Notes under the pieces: model-generated
Told to the model about the DNA's origin: nothing
Seen by the model: only the letters and a program-made list of their open reading frames with translations
Databases searched by the model: none
DNA from: Amoebidium appalachense
Lineage: Eukaryota > Protista > Ichthyosporea
DNA: 64,000 bases
Direction: 5' to 3'
NCBI GenBank assembly: GCA_963693365.1
Contig: CAVNZM010000002.1
Location: forward strand, 1,686,415 to 1,750,414
Position numbers and translations under genes: made by a program
In this document: piece by piece, positions 41,322 through 61,765 of the stretch
Layout of the letters: every line of letters starts with the position of its first letter
Position numbering within the stretch: position 1 is the first letter of the stretch

Positions 41322-43178
41322 CACCCCCTTCAGCCCCCCTTCCCGACCACGGTAACCACCACCTGTACCACCACAGTTCAGAATTCTAGTACAGCCCCCC
41401 CCCCCCCCCCCTCCACCCCCCTCCGCCCCCCCCCCCCTCTCTCCCCCCTTTCTCCAACCCTCTCACCCCCCTTCCTCCCTCCCCCCCCCCCCCCCCCGAC
41501 CCCCCCTCAAAAAAAAAAAATCCCCCACGCCCCATCCCCTACCCCTCTCCTCTTCCACATGCGGCAGAGAATGGGCTCTATGTGTGCCGCAATATTTTGC
41601 GAATGCTGCTTGGTATTGTCTGGTGCAAGTATTTGCACGAGGTACTGTGTAGCAACCCCCCCCCCCCCCCCCCCCCCCGGTCCTCCCCTCCCCCTTCCCC
41701 CACCCCATCCCCCAGGATATAAATTCTACTTTTTTGTGTTCTTTTTTTTTTATTCCGCTTTTGAGTATCTGCATTGCATTATTGATCACCCTCAAAAACG
41801 TGCTGCATACTCGGTCGGCATGAATCCCCCCCCCCCCCCCCCCCCCCCCCCTTTTTTTTTTTTGCTCTCTCTTCCCCCAGGTCCCAACTGCACCTCAAAA
41901 AAGTTCTTCTTGATTCCATCTCCAACACCATGTTTCCTCCTTTGCACTGCCTTAGACTCCAAGAACAACCACATGTTACAGTTGCTTTTACTCTTACAGT
42001 CCAGCATTTTGCATTTTGCGCACGCACCCCATCTGAGGGTGGACTATGAGTGTTGCATAGATCATGTGTTTACTGTATATGATGATCATCACTGAACAAC
42101 ACACATACACAACACTGTAGAATATCTGTCGCGCTCTTGTACTTCTGCATACTTTGTTGCTCCCCCCCCACCCCCCACCCCACCTCCTGCTCCACCCGCC
42201 CCCTCCCTTCCCCCCCCCTCCCCCCCCCCCCCCCCCTCCCCCCCGCCGCCCCTCCCCCCTCCCTCGGCGCCCACCTGCCCGCTTACACCAAAAAAAACCT
42301 AAGAAAATCATTACCCGGCAAGCATGGGTCAACTTTCAAACTTCATTATCTGATCACGAGTTCTGCTAGCTTGCCTTGAAGTTCCCAACCATATTACCGC
42401 CCAAGATACAGATGCAGTCCTAGGGATGAGAATCATGGCCGTCTTTATTTCCATAAAAGCAGCTCAGTCCGTAAACTCCGCCCAATGGCGGCCTGGTGTT
42501 AAAACTATTTATTTTTGAAATTGTCGAGTCTAGTCCATTTCACGGCCCAAACCAAATCGGGTTGAGGGTGCTTGGGACTTCAAAGAAATATTGGCCACAT
42601 GTTTTCAGTTGGCTCTCGTGTCCTACTGCAAGAAGCAACTCAGATGATAACTACCAACGCACCCACACACATATACATAACCCTACCGTATCACCACAAC
42701 CACCACGACTTCCGTTTCTATTTATATATACCATTAAGGCTTAACTAGATCTCCCGCACATGATAGTCACGAAATTTGGGGGTGAAGAAAGGTCCGATGG
42801 TCTTTCATCCCCCTTTTCACTTGTGTGCATGTGCATGTGTGTGTGTGTGCGTGTATTTTTTTTATATTAGTTTTCTCGTTTTGTTCCCGGGAGGGGCCCA
42901 TGGGAACCGTCTACACTAAAAACACGTTTGGCCCTGTCACGTGGGTATTTTTTATTATTTATTTATTTATTTATTTATTATTATTTTTTTTTTTGGGGGG
43001 GGGGGGGGGGGAGGATTGAAAACATGTGTAATGACATACTTTCAGGAATATTCAGGGGGGATGGGGGGGGGGGTCCGCCTGGTTGGGGGCGGGACGGGCA
43101 GGCGGGTGGTTGGGGGAAGTACGGGCCAGAAGGGAGGGAGGTCATGGGCGGGGGAGGGGGAAGCCGGGGGGATGGTGA

Positions 43179-43268
<90 letters not shown>

Positions 43269-43742
43269 GGATGGGGGAGGGGGGAGGGGGGAGGTACCGA
43301 GGGAACTGCCGGGAGGGTTTATTAACCCGGCTGCCCATGAAGGCGCACGGGGCGCGTGGGCGCAACGTAATACAGCTGGATACTACTGATGTACTAGTGT
43401 ATGGAGGCTATAATATGGTACATGCAACCTGAGCCCAGGGTTAGAGGGCAAGACTTTATGAGAATACATATTATGCCTTGGTTCGTGTAGGGAGGTGGCT
43501 ATAGGCAGTGCCATAAATTATGCACTTTTAGAAGTGAATATACATTCAAAATGATAAGGGGACTTATATTGGGGGGTGAAGTCGCAGTGCATGCATGTCT
43601 GAGTTGTATGTGTATTTCAATATACTTTATTCTCCTTTCCCTCCTTTTTTTCTTTTCTATTTTTCTTTCTTTCTTTCATTTCTTTCTTTCTTTTTTTCCC
43701 TCCTTTCTTCTTCTTCTTCTTCTTCTTCTTCTTCTTCTTCTT

Positions 43743-43780
<38 letters not shown>

Positions 43781-44028
43781 GGGGAATTCACACAGTGATT
43801 GGATAGATACGCACCAGTTGGCGGGATTTTTGAAAAGCGCGCGTATACACGTGTTTGTACTTTTAGAGTGACCAGTTTGATCTGTTTGATACACTGTACT
43901 GCTTTAGACAGAGCGCTACAAAATAGTTTATCGATATCAAGCAAGAAACAAGGAATACATAGCCAAGAGAAAGTGTTGATTCTACTCCTGTAATACACCG
44001 AGAAATACTTTGCGTTTCATCACAGAAA

Positions 44029-50648
<6,620 letters not shown>

Positions 50649-50864
50649 AACAGGAATAGCAAATACGGGCGTGCCCCAAATTTGGATTTATGGCTGAGAG
50701 CGTTACATTGTGACGGACATGCCATTTGCCTAAATTTGGAGTGTGAGACTTTTTTTTTTTGAAGTGTGCATATTCTCATGGTGTTTTTTTTTTTGGTTTG
50801 TTTTATATGCTGCACCTACATTCGGCTAGAAGATGAGTGGGAAGCTTGTGGGTAGGTGGATCGA

Positions 50865-50944
<80 letters not shown>

Positions 50945-51297
50945 GGGGGTGAGGAGGAGGAGGCCGGGGAGGAGGGGGAAGGAAGGGGGGCTGGGGGGGG
51001 AGGGGGGAGGGGGGCAGGTATTTCTTTGATTCGGAAATTTGAGGGAATGAAGGACTTGGCTTTGTGGCAGCAATATCGGGTGGTGATTCCATTTCAAGTG
51101 TTCGTGTCTTCTTCCCCCCCTCCCCCTCTTCCGCGCATCGCACGTGTGTTTGTGTACCACACGCATGCACAGACACACACACACACACACACAAACACAA
51201 ACACATACTTGTGTCAGTCTGTGTGTGCCATGGTTGAGGGGAGAGAGATCGAGGGAAAGAGGGGCGTTCCGCCCTGGGTGTGTGTATGGGGGGGGAT

Positions 51298-51337
<40 letters not shown>

Positions 51338-51810
51338 ACTGGTCAGATTTCTGCTGTCGGAGTGTCTAAAGCGAGACACAAAACAAACATGCCTATGTAA
51401 ATACTGCCAGAATCTTTGCATGCGTACTAGTAAACCATTGCAGGGATATGGCGATAGTTTTATCATGATGATAGTATGAGCTTCGAATAAATTACGTACG
51501 TGCTAACCTACACTCAGGCACTCACAACACACACTGACTCCCTGGGTACGAGCCGGGCGATCATGACGTCACTGATCGGAAGTTCACTTGTTGTCATGCC
51601 AGTTCATTTCATTCTCTTGCACGGCTTGACAAACGTTCAGCTAACGTTATAACTGCAGCTTACTGCACGAGTTTTGTAAGGGCACTCTATTCAGTGATGC
51701 TGGTAGTTGTTTTTGAAGCAAATTAGCTGCTTGTGTTGTATTTCTTGGGTCTCTTAGATGCACATCACGGCCACCCATTGATTGCCGCTCGAGAATTCGA
51801 AGCCAAAAAA

Positions 51811-52626
51811 ATGACACCTGCAATAACGGGTGAGGGGTGTCCCTTTGACCACCTACCAGACGAAACAATAGTGCCCATTCTTGCTCATGTTGCAGCCAAA
51901 GATGTCGCGTCAGTGGTGATGACCTGCCGTAGATTCAAGCTTCTAGCACCCCAGTTTGTGCTCGAACTCGTAAGGAAGCAATATCACTATGACATTCGAG
52001 CAATCATAAGTGCAGGACTCCCAGATGATTTACTTGTGCTTGTGCTGAAAACCGCGCTAAGGCCGTTGAAAAACCGGGAGGAAATTCGCGAAAGCGGCAC
52101 GATAGTGTTAAGAGCAGCGTGCAAGGCTGGGCGTGTAGCGGCTGTAAAATTTGCCATCGACTATCTACAAATCCCTCCTGATGTTGGCAACAACGACCCA
52201 CTCATTCTTGCATGTTACCACGGTCGGACTGAAGTGATCAAGCATTTACTCAAGCAAGCACAGGTTGATCCAAGTGATCGAGATAACGATGCACTTCTAT
52301 GGGCGTGCTCGAAAGGGAATGTGGAAGCGGTGGAACTTCTTCTGAAAGACGAAAGAGTGGACCCCTGTGCCCGGAATGGGGCATCGATTGTATGGGCGAG
52401 CGAAAGCGGTCATGTTTCCGTAGTTGATTTGCTTTTGAGAGATGGGAGAGTTGACCCTACTACGTGTGACAATGCAGCTTTCTTGCGTGCGTGCATGCGG
52501 GGACACAAGGATGTGGTGGACAGGTTGATAGAAGAGCCCAGGATGGACGAGGCGTTTCGGCTGGCTGTGCCGTTGATTCAAGCACGTGAAAGGATGAGAC
52601 GCACATGGAGGACAACAAGTGGCTAG
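51811..52626 (+). CDS. Intronless F-box + ankyrin-repeat protein (271 aa)
   Basis: N-terminal F-box-like FDHLPDETIVPILAHVAAKDVASVVMTCRRF, followed by about 5 ankyrin repeats of the VDPSDRDNDALLWACSKGNVEAVELLLKDERVDP type. Confidence 0.88.
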   Translation: MTPAITGEGCPFDHLPDETIVPILAHVAAKDVASVVMTCRRFKLLAPQFVLELVRKQYHYDIRAIISAGLPDDLLVLVLKTALRPLKNREEIRESGTIVLRAACKAGRVAAVKFAIDYLQIPPDVGNNDPLILACYHGRTEVIKHLLKQAQVDPSDRDNDALLWACSKGNVEAVELLLKDERVDPCARNGASIVWASESGHVSVVDLLLRDGRVDPTTCDNAAFLRACMRGHKDVVDRLIEEPRMDEAFRLAVPLIQARERMRRTWRTTSG

Positions 52627-52958
52627 GAAACTGCCGGGGTGCAGGAATGTGTTTTCGTGCCCTTTCTTGCTTTTCCCCTCTTTCTCTTTTTCTGTTTTTG
52701 AGCTTTTTTTTCATGCGCATGTGTGTGGTGTGTGTGTGTGTGTATGTGGTAGGGGGCTGAGGGGATAAAGGAGGAGGATGCTGACATGAAAGGGAGGTGG
52801 TGAGGCTTTAAGGCTGTAGTTGCGTTCTAGTAATAGCTAGGGAAAGATGACGACAACCTTTTCGGTGAACTGGGAGATGGTGAAGGGGGTCGGGAAGTCG
52901 GTGATTAGATAGCAGAGGTTGCCTGAGGGAGTTATAATTCCCGGGGTTTTGGTTTTTG

Positions 52959-53006
<48 letters not shown>

Positions 53007-54054
53007 GGGGGGGGGGGGGGGGGGGGGGGGGAGGTAGCTACTATGGGATAGAGTAGCCTGAGAAGGGAGCATCATTAGATAGAAGCTCGAGGTTAGCTAT
53101 ATTAGCGCTTCCCTTTCAGAGAGAACTGGGTAACCTGCGCTGGTGTTACTGAGGTGATTTCTGAAGGGTTTTTATGAAATTTGAAGCAAGTTAGGCACGA
53201 CTAAGGTAGTGTGTGGACTTTTAAGCCGTCCTATGTTTTTTAGGGTCATAGTGGCCTGATGAATAACATAAAATAAAAATGTTGATAAGCCGATATGTAT
53301 CGATGATATTCTGCGTCGAATTCGTTGTAACCCCTCCTCCCCCCTCCCCCTCCCCGCCGCCGCGCACCGCCAACCTGGGACCTCGCAAAGAACTGAGGCA
53401 CTGAAATTCTCGTTTTGTAGGTTGATTGAAGCCACACAGTGGTGTCTGCTCCATTGCTGAGAAACTTTCTGCTGCCCCTCCCCCCCCCCCCCCCCCCCCC
53501 TCCCCCCTCCCTTCCTCCCCTCCCTCCCTCCCTCCCTCCCCCCTCCCCGCCCTTTCCCCTTCCCTTCTATTGTAGCTCGCTCCCTCCCTCCCCGTAACAA
53601 CACATCGGTGCCTCGAGGATCCTTCCACGATCACTATTTTAACTGTTCCATAGTTGAATCCAAACCAGTATATACGCTTGCACGACGGTGTGCCGCGTGC
53701 AATGGTCCTGCCGCTGCTCATAGAAAGTGAAAGTAAAAAGCATTTCAAAAGACACAAGAATGTCGAAGAATTACGACTTTGACTGCTTGTTTTCAAAGCT
53801 GGAGTGATCCTCCCACTGATGGCGTAAGCATAAAAAAACGTGCAAGATCGCGAAAATCGATCATATCCATCCATAGAATGAAATCTCTTGAACAATTCAA
53901 GAAAATTTTAGAATGCGATGGTAAGTTTGTAGTTTGGAAACAAAGAAATAGGAAACACTATGGTCACACAAGAAATGGTTGGCAACCAAACCACTCAGTC
54001 AGATCTTGCTCGCTGCGTGAAAGGTTTTCTGGTTTCTTGGTAGCCAAGAGCAAC

Positions 54055-55556
54055 ATGGGTCCACGTGTTTTTGTGGGGAACTTGGCGCGAGACACCATTC
54101 AAAGCGACATTGAGAAGCTATTCAAGAAATATGACACGTATGTGGAGGTTACCATGAAGAATGGCTTCGCGTTTGTGGTGGGTGATGTTCCACTATTTTG
54201 ACAGTTTGAAATGGGTTCATTTTCTTGTTTCGGTCCATTGTTGAAGTCACAAAAAGAAAGTAGCTATGAAAGGATAAATGGTATGGCGGCAGTTTCGGGC
54301 AGTTTAAGCATTTTCTCATGAAGAACGAGGTTAGGGATTTTGAGGAGGATCGGCCCCTGTGTTTGTCGTCTGTGCCTGCCATATAGCATTTTTTTTTAGT
54401 TTTGGAGGGAGGCCAAGAGTCGCATGTTAGAGGAGAGGGGTGCAAGTTGATAAAAACGAGTTTTAGTTTTTGGTATGAAGGGGTGAGAAGGGATAAGTCA
54501 AAATTATTTCTGATTTAGCTCTTCATTGGACTCCCCACTCCACTTCCGTTCTTTATTTCGTTTTTTGTCCTAGTTATGCTGGAAAAGACCTGCACTGTTG
54601 ATGCAATAGCACGGAATACGCTTGGAGGCTTTTTATCGCTCGTCGTGGTTTTCAGCCTTGCTATATTATTCTCCGTTTTGTTACGTCGGTGTCGGGGCAT
54701 GATGTTCCTCACGTTTCTTGTCATGAAACGGTTTTTGTCGGTAGTGCCCCCCGCCCCCCTCCCCCCCCTCTTCCCCCCTTGTTATCCCACTTTTCTGCAC
54801 TTGGCGTAGGTTGTTCTCATTTCAGAGCTCCATCTCCTTGGTTGCACATGGCTGACATCCTCTTTGGGGGGCTCCAACAGGAGTTTGAAGACACTCGGGA
54901 TGCAGAGGATGCCATCAAGGACCTGGACGGGGAGGACGTATTGGGCAACCGGTAAGTTGCCATGTTTGTGCATCCTGCCTAGAACCCCCCCCCCCCCCCC
55001 CCCCCCCTTTCCCCCGGCGTAACAGGCACTCTCTGTATTGTCGTGAGTGTGCGCTCGTTTTATTCCAGATTCCCCCCCCCCCCCCCCTCCCCCTCCCTTC
55101 CCCCTCTCGTCAGTCCCTCCGACCCCCTAGCGGAAACTGGCTGAGGCTCGGATGCTGTGCCAAGTACCCCGCTCCCCACTGCCTCTCTCAAATTGAATAT
55201 AAAAAGGGTTAAGTACTGCATTCCAAGTCCCTCCCCCTCCTCCTCTTACACTCCTTTCCTTTCTCCCTCCCCTTTACTCTTAAACTCCCTGAAGCAGAAT
55301 CAGTACTCTGCATGTATGTACTTTATATTTACTTTTTAAGCTGTCTTCACTGCCCACGAGGGCTAATCTGACGTCATTTCTAACTTTTGTCATGTGTGGA
55401 CTAAATGGAATAATGCAGGATTCGTGTGGAGATGTCACTGGGCACCCGTGGGCTTGGAGGGACGAAGCCAAGGGACGGTGGGAGATACGGAGACAGATAT
55501 GGACCTCCCCCCAGGAGTGGCCGGTAGGTGGTGTGTGTGTTTCTGCTTGTGTGTGA

Positions 55557-55629
<73 letters not shown>

Positions 55630-58557
55630 TTGTGTGTCCGTACTGCTTGACTGCATACCTGCGTGTTGAAGCCCTTAATTGCTTGTGTGCGTGTGGTAGT
55701 TGCTCTGGTGCCAAAGTGCTTAGGTACGTGTGCGCTTGCATGTGAAAAGTGCCTGCGAGCACCGGCGTGAGAGATGACAAGTTTCTGTGTGTGGGTGTGT
55801 GTTGTGTTTATGTGGAATCTCCCCTCTGTGCATGTCTGTGGAGTGTGTTCGTGCATGTGCATTGCGGTGTGTGCACGTGCACATGCACAGCATGCCCTGT
55901 GGATGTGCATGTGTATGCCTGCTTGTGTGAATCCGACGAGGGAAGGGGGGGGGTGGGGGGGAGGGAGGGGGAAGGGGGGAGGAAAGGTAGTTGTGTGATT
56001 TTCCTGTGTCCGTATGTGTGATTGTGCAAGCCAAGTTCTGAGGGGCATGGACAGATATGGCCCACCCATTCGCACGGACTACCGCATCATTGTGGAAAAC
56101 ATCTCCTCCCGCACAAGCTGGCAGGTATAGAATCCCCCTCCCTCCTATTATTTATGATTATTTACACCGAGAAAGAAACCCAAGAACCACCACGGCAATG
56201 CTCGTTCGTAAGACTGAGTGGCTCAGTGGTATTAGCGCAGGCAGGGGTGTGTTGGTGCTCATGATACCTAATATTAGGGTTTGTTTTTGGGTGGACTTTG
56301 GGGTTTGCTTGTGTGCCTCTCGTTATCTTGCACCTGACTGCCTCCCCCCCCCCCCCCCCCCCCCCCCCCAGCACACACAAGAAGGACCAACGAGCGTGCG
56401 AGAGTTATGGAGAGAGAGGGAAGGGTGCATTTGAGTCAGGGGGGGAGAGAGAGGGGAGGGGAACCGACATATGTAGCATGGCCGGACACATTTCTGATAG
56501 ATGTATGTCTGTATTTGGTTCCGGATGCAAAGGGAAAGAAAGTTTTGAGAGAAGAAATCGGAAGAGTAGGCTCAATTGTCCGCACAACACAGTGAGGGCT
56601 CTAAGATGGTCAGCAGCAGTAGGCAGCATCGTGGCTTGTTTTTGCTCTCATCGACTAGCTGTGGGCTGGCGGGAGGCTGTGATTGGCTCATTCTGCACCA
56701 CAACTTCTCCTTTTCCATTGGGCCTGTTGGGGGGTGGGCGAGGGTGCATGTCTTCATCTGATTGGAAGGGAGGCCGCGTGTCTGCTCTGGGTGTGGTAGC
56801 CAGTTTTGCCAGGCGTCGGGTGGTAAGTTTGGTGGCGATGTTTCACAACGAACGATATACATTCTGGCAATATTGTCGTGATAAATTGCAGACAGCCAGA
56901 TACGCAGCAAAAAGAAACAATCGACCAGCCAGAGGACCCTGTTAACACCGTCACTGGTTTGTGTGGTCATGACCGGCAGGGCTTGGCGACACTGGGTCAT
57001 CGTTTAGTGCATGCAAAGAGAATGTTACTTAAACAAGTGGTACCAAACATGCAGAGAAATGTATAATGGTAGCTCTCCTTATTTACTTCTTTTAGTAAAT
57101 CTGGAAATCTACGTGCTGGGTGATGGAGGGTGCGATAGGGATGGGAAAGGAGGGAGGGTGAACAACAGCACATCTAAAGCTGCCTGTAAGATATTTGCGC
57201 AAAAAATCAGGGATGGAGTGATATCCCTCCAATCGTTGACCCGGATGTATGGCTCGACTTCTAAATTTGGACATGGGCACGTGACAGGATCTGAAGGATG
57301 AATTCCGCCGCTATGGTGACGTCACGTTTGCAGATGCACACAGGCCCCGCGAGGGAGAAGGGTGAGTGGTGTGTATGTGTGTGCGCGTGTCTTTGTGCGC
57401 GCATGTGAGAGTGTGTGTGTGCGTGTTTGCGTGTTTCTTTGTGTTTGTCTGTGTCTGTCCGTCTCTCTCTGTGTGTGTGTGTGTGTGCGTGTGCGTGTGC
57501 GTGTGCGTGTGTGTGTGTGTGTGTGGCTTTTTGTTGTGTTACCTGCCTATGGAAATCGTTTGTGTATGTCGTTCAGTGCTTAAGTACTCGATGCTGTATG
57601 TGTGTATCTGTGGTTCTGGTTTTTGCCAGTGTTGTTGATTGAGTGGAGGGGGCAAGGGGCAAGAGAGACAGTGACATCCAACGCCCAGCAACAATGCGTC
57701 GGGCTCCTAGGCAAGAGCTATTAGTAGATTCCACCCCATTGGTTGATCTATGCGACTCCATGATATCGGGCTCATTTGATTGGGTGCAGAGTGGTTGAGT
57801 TTGCCTACAAGGATGACATGCGCCGTGCCCTGCGCAAGCTGGATGGCATCGAGATAAAGGGCCGCCGCATCCGCCTGTCGGAGGTGTGTGTGTGTGTGTG
57901 TGTGTGTCTGTATGTGTGTGTACGTGTGTGTATGTGTATGGGGGGGGGGGGAGGAGGGGGGGGGGGGGGGGGGGATGGGTTGTGTGTTTGTTTGGTGGTG
58001 GTTGTTGGGGGGGGGGGGGGGGGGGGTAGGGTGTGCATGTGTAGGGGTAGGGTGTGCATGTGTGGGTGCGCGCACACTCACACATGGTTGGATGTGTCTG
58101 AGGGAGTAGAGGGGCACAGGGGAATGGGGCTGTATGTGTACGCGTGGGTGCGCTCATTCGTGCGGGTAGGTGGGTGGGTGGGTGGGTGGGATTATGAAGG
58201 CCTCGGCACGGTACACCTCATACCGACATGCCTTTGTGCTGCACCTCCCATCTGATCTCATTTATTGAGCAGCAGTGCGTGTTTGGGCCAACGTCACGTT
58301 ACGCTCACACGAAATTTCTACGTTGCACGTGCCCATACTTTTCCCATGCTCATGCTTTTTTCACACAGGATCGTCCACGTGGTGGCCGTCGTTCCCGCAC
58401 CCGTTCCCGCAGTCGTTCTCGTTCTCGCAGTCGTTCCCGCTCCCCTCGCCGGCGCTCACGCAGCCGTAGCCGCTCAGCCACCCCTAAGAAGAGAAGGAGC
58501 CCTAGCCGGTCAAGATCCCCGGCACGGAGCAAGAGCCGCTCACCGTCCAGGTGTGTG

Positions 58558-58591
<34 letters not shown>

Positions 58592-58608
58592 CGTGTGTTT
58601 GTGCGCGC

Positions 58609-58679
<71 letters not shown>

Positions 58680-59122
58680 GGGGGGGGGTGGGAGGGGTTA
58701 GGGGTTAGGATGTGGGTATGGTGTGTGTGTGTTTTAGGGTGGGCGGGGGTGGGGCATGGAGGGGGGGGGGGGGGGGGGGGCTCGGCGAGCTGCCTGCCTG
58801 CCTGCGTCCACATGTGTGCACATGTGGACATGTGTGCGCGTATGGGTGTGGTTGATGGAGGTGAGGGGGAGTGAGCGTGCCCGTGGGGGTGTGCGCGTGT
58901 ATGTGTATGTTGGGGGGGTGCATGGATACGTGCATGGTGGGGTGAGCACGGGTGGGATGGAGGCGTCCGTAACCCTAAGCTTGATGTGTGTGCTTTAAGG
59001 GGTATGCAGGGCATGGTGTACTATACTCGCCTCCCCCCCCCCCCCCCCCCCCCCCCCCCTTTTCACCTCTACCTCCTCCCCCCCACCCCCGGGGGTCGTT
59101 TTTTTCATTTTGTTTGTTTATT

Positions 59123-59195
<73 letters not shown>

Positions 59196-59200
59196 TTTTT

Positions 59201-59235
<35 letters not shown>

Positions 59236-59367
59236 GGGGGGGGAGGGGGGGGGGGGGGAGGGTTGTATCGCTTGTGGGCACACTCCATGATCTGGTGTTT
59301 ACTATTTACCTATTTATTATTTGTTCTTTCGTGAAAAAAATGACGGTAGAAAGAGATTTCCATAGAC

Positions 59368-59398
<31 letters not shown>

Positions 59399-59682
59399 AA
59401 AAAAAAAAAGAAAAGAAAAAGAGGACCAAAAAGAACACACACACATGCAGACACGACCACACACACACACACACACTCAAACATGCGTGACCCATAAAAA
59501 CGAAATCCTTCTCAGCATGCTCACAAGGGTCGAAAAAGCTAAGAATATAAAAAAGTGAGCACATGCTAACACCATCACGTGTTTGCAGGAGCCCTGTACG
59601 AAAAGACAGAGCAGACAAGGGGTCACCGAACAAAAACGATGACAAGCCTCCAACCCCCTCCCCCAGCCGACGAGTAGACTGA
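54055..59682 (+). CDS. SR splicing factor of the SRSF4/5/6 type (RRM + pseudo-RRM + RS domain), 8 exons, ~270 aa
   Basis: Exons 54055-54177, 54881-54951, 55419-55523, 56055-56124, 57288-57361, 57790-57883, 58369-58550, 59589-59682 join in frame. Motifs: [62 protein letters not shown] and (RS)n. Confidence 0.95.
56593..56822 (+). other. Candidate poison (PTC) cassette exon in SR gene intron 4
   Basis: Branch-like GCTCAAT (~56570), acceptor ACACAG|, first codon TGA in frame after SWQ, and consensus donor G|GTAAGT at 56823. Confidence 0.6.
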
Positions 59683-60874
59683 AAGCCTTTTGCCTTCGTT
59701 TCATCTACTTCATTATTCTGGTGTTCTGAGGCTCCATGCCTATATATGGAAGTATCACCTGAGCTGGGTCTATGGTCGTAATTGTTTGTTGCTTGCTCAG
59801 GGCGGTCCTCAGAGTCTGTGTGGCTTCCAATCCATATTCTTTGTTAGTGAATAGGTCCCCTGTGATTTGTAAGTTGCGCACCGTTTACGTTTGGGACATG
59901 TGCCGTACCACTCCGCCTATTAATTTTTTCTGGTTGGCACATGTCCTGCTCTGGGCTATAAGGGTAGCTCTGTATTTTTTTTGTTATTAGTCATTTTCCC
60001 CCTTTGTTGACTCGTGATTCTTGTTGGTGTAGTTGTATTCTTGAAGTAAGGGAAAGGCCATCATACACTTTGAAAGCTATGGTGAAAACAAACTGTGGAG
60101 GGTGAGGATGTTCCAAATTACCTTGTCTGACCAAGTAATGTATGTGAAAACAATAAAAGACCATGATAACATTGTTGCTTCATATACTCACACGTGCACA
60201 CGTGGGTTGGGGGCGATTTTCTGTGTGCAGAACAGGGTGTGTTTCAAGATGATATATTGCTAAGCTTTCTTTATTGTTTTATGATTCATTCATTATATGT
60301 GCGGACTTGTTCGTGTTTTATGTTCGTGTTTCATAAGTGCACGGATATCGATGGCGCCACCGTTCATTCGTCCGCCCCTTTCCATTTCAGGGTCCCTCTC
60401 CCCCTCTCCCAGATCTCTTCGTCTCTGGGTCCTCTCCTCCCTCCATACCTCCCCCCCCCCCCCCCAAACACACACACACGCACACGCACACCCCGCAGAC
60501 AGCAAAAGAAAAAAGGGGCAAAAAAAAAAAAAAACCAGCCTGCAGGGCTCGAGATCTAGAACATAATAATAATCGTGTTCACATCAGCTCTACCTCCCCT
60601 CCCTCCTCCAATTCCCGTTGCAGTTGAAGTAACTGTTCCCAGGGTGCGTCCAACAACTCTACACAAGAGGCCTCCTAAGCGTGCGCACCTGCACACACAC
60701 ACACACACACATACGTGCACACACGCACTTTAAACACAAACACATCAAACACATGTTTTCATACATACATTCCGAGACACACACACAAGCTCGAACATGC
60801 AGACAGGGGGGAGGGGAGGGGGAGAAGTTAGGGAGTGAGGGGGTGAAAGGGAGAGAGCCAATGGGAACCTTGAA

Positions 60875-61049
60875 GTTAGAGAGAGAGGGGGAGGGAGGGA
60901 GGGAGGGAGGGAGGAAGGGAGGGAGAGGGAGAGACAGAGAGTGGGAGAGGAGAGAGAGAGAGAGAGAGCCGAGAGAGTGACAGAGACTCGGAGAGGGGGG
61001 GCGGGGGACGGGGGGGAGGGGGGGAGGGAGAGGGAGAACGAGAGAGAGG

Positions 61050-61110
<61 letters not shown>

Positions 61111-61156
61111 CAGACAGAGATAGAGATAGTGATAGCTAGGGGGAGGGAGGGAAAGC

Positions 61157-61240
<84 letters not shown>

Positions 61241-61286
61241 GGAGAGATAGAGCGAGAGGGAGAGACAGAGAGAGGGAGAGGGGGGG

Positions 61287-61329
<43 letters not shown>

Positions 61330-61330
61330 A
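60875..61330. repeat. (GA)n purine tract
   Basis: Direct reading. Confidence 0.95.
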
Positions 61331-61765
61331 CAGCGCCGCCCGAAACAGAGCTTTTATTCCTTTTCCTTCTCTTCCTTTCCGAGTCTCGCTCTCACCCCTC
61401 GTTCCCTAACTTCTCTATCTCCCCTCCCCCAAGTCTGCGTGTTCGAGCGCGCGTATGTGTCTCGGTATCTTGTGAAAACATGTGTGTGAAAATATCCGTG
61501 TGTGAGAGTGTTTGTGTTTGCGTTTGTGTTTGTGTTTGTGTTTGTGTGTGTATGTGTGTGTGTGTGTGTGTGTGTAAGTGAGCGGGCTTGCCTGCTTTGG
61601 GAGCTGCAAAGGCCGTGCACACCACTGGCATGCGGTGCACGTATGATCGAAGTTCGTCTCTCACTCTTCTTTCTCACTCTTTTTACAAGAAGAATGTGCA
61701 GCCTGTCTTTATTGCGTGCAGTTCGATGTGCAACACTACTTGTATGCATGGTGCAAGAGTCTTTA

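Noticed and set aside
53779-54054. N-terminal extension of the SR ORF from the ORF track (similarly 51733 and 36855 starts)
   Set aside because: Non-ATG or non-homologous upstream sequence. For the SR gene, homology begins at ATG 54055; for the other two, the first in-frame ATGs are 51811 and 36924.
58694-58709. Telomere-like GGGGTTAGGGGTTAGG
   Set aside because: Only two units, inside a G/T-rich intron
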